Source: Candidatus Eiseniibacteriota bacterium (GTDB taxonomy: Bacteria > ARS69). From it: DNA of 14,744 bases. Numbering within the stretch: position 1 is the stretch's first letter; each line of letters opens with the position of its first letter. This document shows positions 7,299 to 14,744 of this stretch, piece by piece. The stretch lies in assembly GCA_052390515.1 (NCBI GenBank), contig JBQTGV010000096.1, positions 1 through 14,744 of the forward strand, in the 5' to 3' direction. The position numbers and the translations under genes were made by a program. The notes below the pieces were generated by a model, which had not been told where the DNA came from, made no database searches, and saw only the letters and a program-made list of their open reading frames with translations.

Positions 7299-8096
7299 AT
7301 GAACGCGATCAAGAAGAGCTCGGACGAGCGCAATCTCGCCGTCTATATCGACTTCGAGAACCTGGCGCTCGGCTTCCCGGCGGACAGTCGCACGACCTTC
7401 GACGTGCACCGCGTGCTCAACCGGCTGCTGGACAAGGGGAAGGTGATCGTGAAGGTCGCCTACGCGGACTGGAGCCGCTTCCGCAACTACACGAAGCTGC
7501 TTCACGAGGCCGGCATCGCGCTCGTGGACATTCCCAAGCGGTCCATGACCGGGAAGAACTCCGCCGACATCCGCCTCGTCGTCGACGCCATGGACCTGTC
7601 GTCTTCCAAGGAGCACATCGACACCTTCGCCATCGTTTCCGGCGACAGCGACTTCTCGCCGCTGGTGGCGAAGCTCCGCGAGAACGGGAAGTACGTGATC
7701 GGTCTGGGGATGAAGCAGTCCACGTCGAAGCTGCTCGCCGACCACTGCGACGAGTTCCTGTACTACGAGGAGCTGGAGGCGGAACGGGCTCCCCTGCCGC
7801 AGGAGGGCACGGAAAAGATCTCCGGCGAGGACAAGGAGGCCTTCGCGCTGCTTCTCGACGCCACCCGCGCGCTGCTGCGCGAGAACGACCGCGCGCTCGC
7901 CTCCCGGATCAAGGAGACGATGAAGCGCAAGAGCCCCGCGTTCACCGAGTCGGCCTACGGCTATCGCAGCTTCAGCGAGCTGCTCGAGGAAGCCCAGGAG
8001 GCCGGACTTCTCGAGCTCAAGGTGGACGAAGCCAGCGGCACGTACGTGGTCACCAAGATCACGACGACCCGGCGCCGGCGGCGACGCGGACGGTAG
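7299..8096 (+). CDS. NYN domain (LabA/DUF88, PIN-like) ribonuclease with C-terminal OST-HTH/LOTUS domain
   Basis: ATG 7299 after GAGGAGG. Acidic motifs YIDFEN, GKNSADI and VSGDSDF; OST-HTH-like KETMKRKSPAFTESAYGYRSFSELLE; Arg-rich tail. Confidence 0.93.
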   Translation: MNAIKKSSDERNLAVYIDFENLALGFPADSRTTFDVHRVLNRLLDKGKVIVKVAYADWSRFRNYTKLLHEAGIALVDIPKRSMTGKNSADIRLVVDAMDLSSSKEHIDTFAIVSGDSDFSPLVAKLRENGKYVIGLGMKQSTSKLLADHCDEFLYYEELEAERAPLPQEGTEKISGEDKEAFALLLDATRALLRENDRALASRIKETMKRKSPAFTESAYGYRSFSELLEEAQEAGLLELKVDEASGTYVVTKITTTRRRRRRGR

Positions 8097-8109
8097 CGTG
8101 GAGGTCGTG

Positions 8110-10062
8110 GTGAATCGCCTCGCCGCCGCCCCGGTCCGCGAAGTCGTCCGCATCTCGGTGGAAGGCGACCTGCTCGACCCCAGCCTGCGTCGCTGGCACT
8201 CCGCCTTCCTCCGCCGCGCGCGCGGCCTTGCGGGATCGGTGCGGGGGCGAAGCCGCGACCGGCTCGACGCGCTCGGCGAGGTGTTCTTCGAGGAGCGGTT
8301 GAAGCCGCGCCTCCTCTTCGCCGGAGTCGAGCGCGTGCGGGCCGCGCGACGCGCGGGTCGAACCCTTCTGCTGGAGAGTCACGGATCCGAGCACGTGGTG
8401 CGGCCGCTCGCGCGGCACCTGGCCGCGGATCGGATCGTTGCGCAGCGGTTCGAGTTCCGCGACGGCGTGGCCACAGGGCGAAGCCTGCCGGCGCCGGTCG
8501 AATCGGACTCGCTGCGTCTGGGAGTGCTGCCCGTGGCGACGATCGTCATGGACCGTCCGGTTCCTCCGGCCCCGCTCTCCGTCACCGCCGCGTTGGCCGA
8601 CCGGGAGATCCTGCTGCTCGGAGCCAGCGGCTTCATCGGCAAGGTCTGGCTGGCGAGCCTGCTCGAGCACCTGCCCGAGCTCGGCACGGTCCACGTGCTG
8701 CTGCGCCGTCGCGGGGCGAGGGAACCGGAGGCGCGCTTCGCCCGGATGCTCCGCGAATCGCCCGCGTTCGAAGGGCTGCGCCGCCGCGACGGACCGTCGC
8801 TCGAGGCGCTGGCCGCGCGGATCCGCGTCCACGAAGGGGACGTGCGAGAGCCGGATCTCGGGCTTCCGCCGGCCACGGCCGCACGGCTTCGCGAGACCGT
8901 GGACCTCGTCGTCAACTCGTCGGGGCTCACCGAGTTCAATCCGGATCCGAGGGATGCGCTCGCCGTCAACGTCGACGGCGTGCTGCACCTGCTCGACTTC
9001 GTCTCCCGCTCCCGGACGGCCGCGCTGCTGCACGTGTCCACGTGCTTCGCGGCGGGTTGCCGCGAAGGCCGCATCCCCGAGGAGTGTGATCCGCGCGCGA
9101 CGCCGTCGGGCCGCGCCGGGTTCGATCCGGAGAGCGAGCGGCTTCAGCTCGAGCGCACGCTGCAGGAGTACGCCTCGACCCGCACCACCCGACGCCCCGC
9201 CACCTGGGCGATCACCGAGCGCGCCCGGGAGCTCGGCTGGCCGAACATCTACACGTTCACGAAGGCCCTCGGCGAGCGTCTGATCGCGCTGCGCCGCGAG
9301 CGGGACCCGCGCCTGGCCGCCGCCATCGTGCGGCCCTCCATCGTCGAGTCGGCCGTGGCCTTCCCGATGCGCGGTTGGAACGAGGGCGTGAACACGTCGG
9401 CGCCGCTCTCGCACCTGCTGGGCACGCACTTCCGCCAGCTCCCCGTCAACGAGCGCAAGCGCCTGGACGTCGTTCCGGTGGACCTCGTGGCGCGCGGTCT
9501 CACGCTGGTGACGGCGGCGCTGCTCGAGAACCGGCATCGCCTCGTCTACCAGCTGGCCACCTCGGCGACGAACCCGCTGGACCTTCGCCGCGCCGTCGAG
9601 CTGACCTCGCTCGCGCATCGCAAGCACCATCGCTCGCGGCCGGGGTGGCGGAGCCGGATCCTCGCGCGTCTGGAGGCGGTCCCGGTCTCCCGCGAGCGCT
9701 ACGGGCGGCTCTCCGTGCCGGCGCAGCTCCGTGCCGTACGCGCGCTCAACGGAGTGCTCGCTCCCGCCGGCCGCCGCGGACCGCTGGCACGGGCCGAACG
9801 GATGCTGCAGCGAGTGAAGGAGCTGATCGACCTGTACGAGCCGTTCCTGCTGGGGCACGAACCGGTCTTCGAGGCGAACCACATCGAGGAGCTGGCCGCC
9901 GCGCTGCCGCAGGACGAGCGCGAGTCGTTCGGCTACGACGTGCGCAGCCTCGACTGGTACGACTACTGGATCGACGTGCACATCCCCGGCCTTCGCCGCT
10001 GGAGCTATCCTCTCATCGAGGGACGGCCGGTGCGGCCGGACCGCGAGCCGGCGGGACTTTGA
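8110..10062 (+). CDS. Fatty acyl-CoA reductase (male-sterility type extended SDR) with degenerate N-terminal HAD-like region
   Basis: GASGFIGK, HVSTCF, GWPNIYTFTKALGE (YxxxK), RPSIVES, GWNEG, DVVPVD and C-terminal LDWYDYWIDVHIPGLRRW. Start is GTG 8110 (GGAGG at 8100-8104) or GTG 8098. Confidence 0.88.
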   Translation: MNRLAAAPVREVVRISVEGDLLDPSLRRWHSAFLRRARGLAGSVRGRSRDRLDALGEVFFEERLKPRLLFAGVERVRAARRAGRTLLLESHGSEHVVRPLARHLAADRIVAQRFEFRDGVATGRSLPAPVESDSLRLGVLPVATIVMDRPVPPAPLSVTAALADREILLLGASGFIGKVWLASLLEHLPELGTVHVLLRRRGAREPEARFARMLRESPAFEGLRRRDGPSLEALAARIRVHEGDVREPDLGLPPATAARLRETVDLVVNSSGLTEFNPDPRDALAVNVDGVLHLLDFVSRSRTAALLHVSTCFAAGCREGRIPEECDPRATPSGRAGFDPESERLQLERTLQEYASTRTTRRPATWAITERARELGWPNIYTFTKALGERLIALRRERDPRLAAAIVRPSIVESAVAFPMRGWNEGVNTSAPLSHLLGTHFRQLPVNERKRLDVVPVDLVARGLTLVTAALLENRHRLVYQLATSATNPLDLRRAVELTSLAHRKHHRSRPGWRSRILARLEAVPVSRERYGRLSVPAQLRAVRALNGVLAPAGRRGPLARAERMLQRVKELIDLYEPFLLGHEPVFEANHIEELAAALPQDERESFGYDVRSLDWYDYWIDVHIPGLRRWSYPLIEGRPVRPDREPAGL

Positions 10063-11228
10063 TGGCCATCTTCCTGACCGGAGCCACCGGCTACCTCGGG
10101 GCCTACGTCGCGGCCGAGCTGCTCCGCGAGGGCGAGACGCTCAACCTCCTGGTGCGGGCGCAGGGCCCCCGCGACGCGGAACGTCGCCTCTGGCGCGCGC
10201 TGCAGTTCCACGCGGAGTTCGCGGACTTCGAGCGCTGCCTGCGCGAGCGCATCCACCTGTTCGAGGGCGACATCACCGCCCCGGATCTCGGGCTCGACCC
10301 CGACGCCCGCCGCCGCCTGGTGGAGACGACCGAGTCCATCGTGCACTGCGCGGCCTCGTTGAACCGTCGCTCCGAGCAGGCCTGCATCGACGGCAACGTG
10401 CGCGGCACGCTGGCGGCGCTTCGCATCGCGCGGGAGGCGGGCGAGCAGCACGCGTTCCGCCGCTTCAGCCTGGTGAGCACGGTGGCCGTCGCCGGGGAGC
10501 GGTCCCACGAGATCGTGCACGAGGACGACGCCGTCGACTGGGGCCGCCGCGACTACGACCCGTACGGACGGACCAAGAAGCTCGCCGAGCTACTGGTGCG
10601 CGATCTCCTGCCCGACGCCGCCGTCACCGTCTTCCGCCCGAGCATCGTGCTGGGCGACTCGATGCGGTCGGAGACGACGCAGTTCGACATGGTCCGGTCC
10701 TTCTCGTTCCTCGCCGACCTGCCCGCGCTGCCCATGCGCGCGACGGACCGTCTCGACATCGTTCCCGCGGACTGGGTCGCCCGCGCGATCGTGCTGCTGC
10801 ACCGGAAGCCCGAGCCGCGCCACGTCACCTACCACCTCTCCGCCGGAGCGGCCTCGCCGATGTGCCACGAGATCGCCGGGGCCGTGGCCGCGGCGGTGGA
10901 TCGCCGCCCGCCGGTCTTCGTGCCGGCGCTGGCCTGGCCGGCGGACGCTCTCGCCGCGGTCACGGAGCGTGTCGGGCCGCTCTCGGCGCGCCGCGGGGCC
11001 GCGCTCCTGCGGGTCTTCCTGCCCTACCTGACCTACGACACCGTCTTCGACAACTCGCGGGCCGTCGCGGAAGTCGGCGAGGAACCGGCGCCGTTCGTGC
11101 CCCGCTGCATCGCCCTGCTGAAGTGGGCGCGCGAAGCCGGCTTCCGCTATCCTCACGTCCCTTGGCCGGGCGAAGCGGAGCCCGACGCGACGCCCGCGCC
11201 CCGCTCCACCGGGAGCCTCGCGCAATGA
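10062..11228 (+). CDS. Extended SDR, thioester-reductase/NAD_binding_4-like oxidoreductase
   Basis: ATG overlaps the upstream stop (TGATG). IFLTGATGYLG, GDITAPDLGL, HCAA, NVRGT, VST, YGRTK (YxxxK), RPSIVLGD and DIVPAD motifs. Confidence 0.9.
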   Translation: MAIFLTGATGYLGAYVAAELLREGETLNLLVRAQGPRDAERRLWRALQFHAEFADFERCLRERIHLFEGDITAPDLGLDPDARRRLVETTESIVHCAASLNRRSEQACIDGNVRGTLAALRIAREAGEQHAFRRFSLVSTVAVAGERSHEIVHEDDAVDWGRRDYDPYGRTKKLAELLVRDLLPDAAVTVFRPSIVLGDSMRSETTQFDMVRSFSFLADLPALPMRATDRLDIVPADWVARAIVLLHRKPEPRHVTYHLSAGAASPMCHEIAGAVAAAVDRRPPVFVPALAWPADALAAVTERVGPLSARRGAALLRVFLPYLTYDTVFDNSRAVAEVGEEPAPFVPRCIALLKWAREAGFRYPHVPWPGEAEPDATPAPRSTGSLAQ

Positions 11229-12682
11229 CCGACCTGCTGCTCCAGACCTGGACCGCGCTCGCGATCGAGGCCGCGCGGCTCGGTCACGCGCGTGACCGCG
11301 CCGAGCCGTGGATGCCCGGCCGTCCGCTCCGCCTGCTCTTCGCCGGCTACAACGGAGCGCGCAACACCGGGTCCGACGTGCGCGTCGAGGAGATGCTGCG
11401 TCAGGTACATCGCGTGCTGGGAGCGGATCGCGTCGTCGCTTCGGTGCTGACGCAGGATCCGCGGCTCACGCGCGGCTACTTCGCCGGGGCCAGGCAGGTG
11501 CGTCTCCCGGACGTCTTCCCGCCTTTCCTCGCGCGGGAGGTACCGCGCCACGACGGAGTGATCGCCTGCGAGGGCTCGATGTTCAAGAGCCGCTTCGCCG
11601 ACGCGCTGACCACCATGATGGTCGGCGCTCTCGGCATCGCCGCGGCCCGGAACCGCCTGTCGGTGGGGTACGGCGCCGAGGCCGGCGAGATGTCGGCGAG
11701 CCTGCGTCGCCTGGTTCGCCGCTACTGCGGCACGTCGCTCGTGATCACGCGGAACGAGGAGTCCGCCCGGATCCTCCGTGAGCTGCGCGTCCCGACCGAG
11801 CCGGGCGCGGATACGGCCTGGACCTTCCGCCCGCATCCGAGCGAGCACGGCCGTCGCCTGCTCGCCGCCGCCGGATGGGATGGGACGACGGACGTGCTGG
11901 CCGTCTGCCCGATCCATCCGTTCTGGTGGCCGGTGAAGGCCGAGCCGGCGAAGTGGGCGGCGCTCGCTGCTACCGGCGCCTTCCGCGAGAGCCACTACCG
12001 CTCGCTCTACTTCCACCGCTCCGGCGCGAAGGTGACCGACGCGTTCCGCCGCTACGTGGATGCCGTGTCCGGCGCGGTGGATGCATTCCGGCGAGAGCGT
12101 CGCGTCTTCCCCGTCCTCGTCGCCATGGAGCGCCTGGACGAGGGCGCGTGCCGGCGGATCGCCGCGAAGCTCGGCGGCGCCCCCGTGTTCAGCTCCGCCG
12201 GCCACGACATGTACGAGATCGTCTCGATCCTCCGCGAGAGCCGGATGCTGCTCTCGTCCCGCTTCCACGCCCTGGTCACGACGATGCCCGCGCTCGTGCC
12301 GGCGGTCGGCGTGACCATGGACGAACGCATCCGCAACCTGATGAAGGACTGCGGCCGCGAGGATCTCTCGATCGAGGCGGATGAGCCGGATCTCGAGGCG
12401 CGGCTGCTCGACGCGCTGCGACGGATCCGCGCCGAGGAGGACGCGCTGCGTCCCGCCCTCGGCGGCGCCGTGGTCCGCAATCTGAAGCGAATGGCGCAGA
12501 TGGGACTGTTCCTGGAAGAGGAGGTCGCGCGGCGGTTCCCCGGGTTCGAGACGCGGCGCGGCCTCGTCCGCTGGGAGCAGTACCTCCCGGAGCTTTCGCC
12601 GGACCTGCTGAGCCTCGTGGAGCGCCACGGTGACGCCGCGGCGCCGCCGGAGCCGGTGCGCGTGGCGGAGCCGGCACGATGA
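11225..12682 (+). CDS. Polysaccharide pyruvyl transferase family protein
   Basis: ATGA overlap. GYNGARNTGSD (GYyGxxNxGD-like), ITRNEES, GADTAW and SSRFHAL match the CsaB/WcaK family pattern. Confidence 0.82.
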   Translation: MTDLLLQTWTALAIEAARLGHARDRAEPWMPGRPLRLLFAGYNGARNTGSDVRVEEMLRQVHRVLGADRVVASVLTQDPRLTRGYFAGARQVRLPDVFPPFLAREVPRHDGVIACEGSMFKSRFADALTTMMVGALGIAAARNRLSVGYGAEAGEMSASLRRLVRRYCGTSLVITRNEESARILRELRVPTEPGADTAWTFRPHPSEHGRRLLAAAGWDGTTDVLAVCPIHPFWWPVKAEPAKWAALAATGAFRESHYRSLYFHRSGAKVTDAFRRYVDAVSGAVDAFRRERRVFPVLVAMERLDEGACRRIAAKLGGAPVFSSAGHDMYEIVSILRESRMLLSSRFHALVTTMPALVPAVGVTMDERIRNLMKDCGREDLSIEADEPDLEARLLDALRRIRAEEDALRPALGGAVVRNLKRMAQMGLFLEEEVARRFPGFETRRGLVRWEQYLPELSPDLLSLVERHGDAAAPPEPVRVAEPAR

Positions 12683-14328
12683 GCTTCCTCCGGCGGATCC
12701 TGGACCGCTTCGATTCCGAGCCCGAGCACCCTTTCCTGCAGACCGCGCGGGACGGGACGCTCGCCGCCACGACGGGCGCGGATCTTCTCGCCGCGGTGGA
12801 CCGCGTCCGCGATCTCGCGCGTGCCGCCGGTCTCGCGCGGGGAGATCGCTGCGCGCTGCTCGCGGCCAACTCCGCGGAGTGGGTCGCGGTCGATCTCGGG
12901 CTGCTCGCCGAGGGCGTCGTCGTCGTGCCGCTCTGGTCGCGGCAGACTCCCGGTGAGCTGGCGCGCATCCTCCGCGACTGCTCGCCCAAGCTGCTCCTTT
13001 GCGACGACGACGTGGCCGAGGCGCTGCGCCGGGAAATGCCGGACCTGCCTCCGGTGCACCGGCCGGCCGAGGCTTTCGGCTCTCCCGCCACCGCGCGGCG
13101 CGCGCCCATCCTGGTGGGCCCGCACGATCCGGTCGCGGTGATCTACACCTCGGGCACCTCCGGCGAGCCCAAGGGCGCGGTGATCTCGCGCGGGAACGTG
13201 GACTTCCTGCTGGACCGCACCGGCGAACGTCTCGACCTGCTCATGGAGGGGTGCCCGGAGCGAGAACGCGTGCTCTGCTACCTGCCGTGGTGCTTCGCCG
13301 GCGCCTGGATCGCCCTGCTCGCCGGCCTTCGCCGCGGCAGCGTGCTCACCATCAACACCGATCCTTCACGCATTCCCGACGACGCGAAGATGATCCGACC
13401 GCACTGGTTCCAGAACGTGCCGCTCGTGCTCGAGCGGATGCGCGAGGGCGTGGAGCGGGCGATGTCGCGGAAGGGCCTGGTCTTCGCCTCGCTCTTCACC
13501 GGGGCGATGCGTGCGGTGCACGACTCGGCCGAGGGGCGCCGGACCTCACGCCCGGACGCGGCGAAGCTGGCCGTGGCCCGCCGGCTGCTGTTCCCCGCCA
13601 TCCGCAAGCGTCTCGGCCGTGACCTCCGCGCGCTCGTGTGCGGTTCCGCGCCGCTCGACGCGCGGACGCAGCGCTTCTTCGAGACGCTGGGCCTGCCGGT
13701 CCTTCAAGTGTACGGCCTCACCGAGACGACGGCCGTCTGCACCATGGACGTCCCCGGCGACGCGAAGCCGGGGACCGTCGGGCGTCCGATCGCCGGCGTC
13801 GAGATGCGCTCCGACGACGACGGCGAGATCCTGGTGCGCGGGCCGAACGTCTTCGAGGGGTACTGGAACCGGCCGGAAGCGACCGCGCGGGTCTTCACCG
13901 ATGGATGGTTCCGTACCGGAGACCTCGGCGAGCAGGCCGACGAGGGACGCTGGCGCATCACCGGCCGAAAGAAGAGCCTCATCGTGCTCGGCTCCGGACA
14001 GAACGTGGCGCCGGAACCGATCGAGGCGGAGCTGGCCCGCCTGCTGCCCGTCGCGCAGCAGATCGTGCTGGTCGGAACGGGTCGCCCGCATCTCGCCGCG
14101 GTCCTCACCGGACCGCTCACCCGCGAGGCAGCCGAGGAGGCAGTCGCGCGAGTGAACGAGGATCTCCCCGCCCGGCAGAGGATCCGCGGCTGTCTCGTAC
14201 GCCGAGAGCCCTTCACCGTCGAGAGCGGCCTCGTCACGGCGAACGGCAAGCTGCGCCGGGACGCGATCGCGCGGGCGCTCGATTCGGAGATCGGGGAGCT
14301 CTACGCGCGCGAGGAGGTGGGCGTGTGA
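12679..14328 (+). CDS. Long-chain fatty acid-CoA ligase (AMP-dependent synthetase)
   Basis: ATGA overlap. YTSGTSGEPKG, CGSAPL, YGLTE, GWFRTGDLG, ITGRKKSLIVLGSGQNVAPEPIE and TANGKLRR motifs. Confidence 0.93.
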   Translation: MSFLRRILDRFDSEPEHPFLQTARDGTLAATTGADLLAAVDRVRDLARAAGLARGDRCALLAANSAEWVAVDLGLLAEGVVVVPLWSRQTPGELARILRDCSPKLLLCDDDVAEALRREMPDLPPVHRPAEAFGSPATARRAPILVGPHDPVAVIYTSGTSGEPKGAVISRGNVDFLLDRTGERLDLLMEGCPERERVLCYLPWCFAGAWIALLAGLRRGSVLTINTDPSRIPDDAKMIRPHWFQNVPLVLERMREGVERAMSRKGLVFASLFTGAMRAVHDSAEGRRTSRPDAAKLAVARRLLFPAIRKRLGRDLRALVCGSAPLDARTQRFFETLGLPVLQVYGLTETTAVCTMDVPGDAKPGTVGRPIAGVEMRSDDDGEILVRGPNVFEGYWNRPEATARVFTDGWFRTGDLGEQADEGRWRITGRKKSLIVLGSGQNVAPEPIEAELARLLPVAQQIVLVGTGRPHLAAVLTGPLTREAAEEAVARVNEDLPARQRIRGCLVRREPFTVESGLVTANGKLRRDAIARALDSEIGELYAREEVGV

Positions 14329-14744
14329 GCACGGTCCGGGGAACGGCTCTCTCGTGGACGGCAGCGGACCGGATCGTCCGCGTCGAGCTGCACCGTCCGC
14401 CCGCGAACGAGATCGGCACGGCGACGCTCGCGGATCTCGAGCGTCTCGCCGCCGCCCTTCCCGAGCTCGAACGGGAAGCGCGCGCTCTCGTCCTGCACAG
14501 CTCGCTCGACGCCGGCTTCTCGGCGGGCGCGGATCTCCGCGAGCTCTTCGCCGGGATGCGTCGGCTCGGCGCCGCGGACAGCGCGGCCGGCGTACGCGAC
14601 TTCCTCGAACGGATCCACCGCGTCCTCGATGCGCTGGACGCGACGCCGCTCACCACAGTCGCAGCGGTGCACGGCGTCGTCTTCGGGGGCGGCTTCGAGC
14701 TGGCGCTGGCCTGCGACCTGATCGTCGCGGACCGCTCGGCACGC
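14325..14744 (+). CDS. Enoyl-CoA hydratase/isomerase (crotonase) family protein, runs off the window
   Basis: Not in the ORF track. GTGA overlap with SD GAGGAGG; translation MSTVRGTALSW...LHRPPANEI...FSAGADLREL...VAAVHGVVFGGGFELALACDLIVADRSAR carries both crotonase oxyanion motifs. Confidence 0.92.
   Translation, partial: MSTVRGTALSWTAADRIVRVELHRPPANEIGTATLADLERLAAALPELEREARALVLHSSLDAGFSAGADLRELFAGMRRLGAADSAAGVRDFLERIHRVLDALDATPLTTVAAVHGVVFGGGFELALACDLIVADRSAR

Noticed and set aside
4796-8096. Anti-phage defence pair (EEP nuclease plus NYN RNase)
   Set aside because: The genes are divergent, match the surrounding composition and each is coupled to a metabolic or transport operon; no other defence-island markers.
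5594-8113. 839-aa plus-strand ORF
   Set aside because: Antisense to the phosphoesterase and out of frame with NYN; Arg/Ala/Gly-rich with no recognisable domain.
8059-9981. 640-aa minus-strand ORF, and similar ones at 11153-12628 and 12052-13125
   Set aside because: Antisense shadows of well-supported plus-strand enzymes.
9375-10061. N-terminal extensions in the ORF track (9375, 10862, 7023, 7333, 2915, 814 starts)
   Set aside because: They overlap neighbouring real genes; motifs, SD sites and stop/start overlaps support the shorter starts used here.
8110-14328. NRPS/PKS cluster or a direct elbD assignment
   Set aside because: No condensation, ketosynthase, carrier-protein or acyltransferase domain in the window; the adenylating enzyme has fatty acyl-CoA ligase motifs and stands alone.
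1-14744. tRNA, rRNA, riboswitch, integrase or full transposase
   Set aside because: None recognisable by eye; intergenic gaps are short. A covariance-model scan was not run.

Overview
GC-rich bacterial window with three functional blocks. (1) Left end (1-1390): the probable right end of a small structured repeat or IS630-like element ending at a CTAG, a weak 75-aa minus-strand ORF, and a promoter-driven gene for a secreted 12-Cys protein that ends in a 'PVGVEDRSWGRVK' motif (possible protein-sorting signal). (2) A minus-strand operon (7204->1389): an alkaline-phosphatase-superfamily/EEP phosphoesterase fusion followed by an ABC-2-type exporter (ATPase plus two permeases). (3) A divergent plus-strand operon (7299->beyond the window end): NYN/OST-HTH ribonuclease, then five overlapping genes - a fatty acyl-CoA reductase with a degenerate HAD-like N-terminus, a second extended SDR reductase, a polysaccharide-pyruvyl-transferase-family protein, a long-chain acyl-CoA synthetase and an enoyl-CoA hydratase (truncated by the window). 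Block 3 looks like an uncharacterised fatty-alcohol, ether-lipid or modified-lipid pathway. All family assignments come from motifs recognised by eye; no database search was run.
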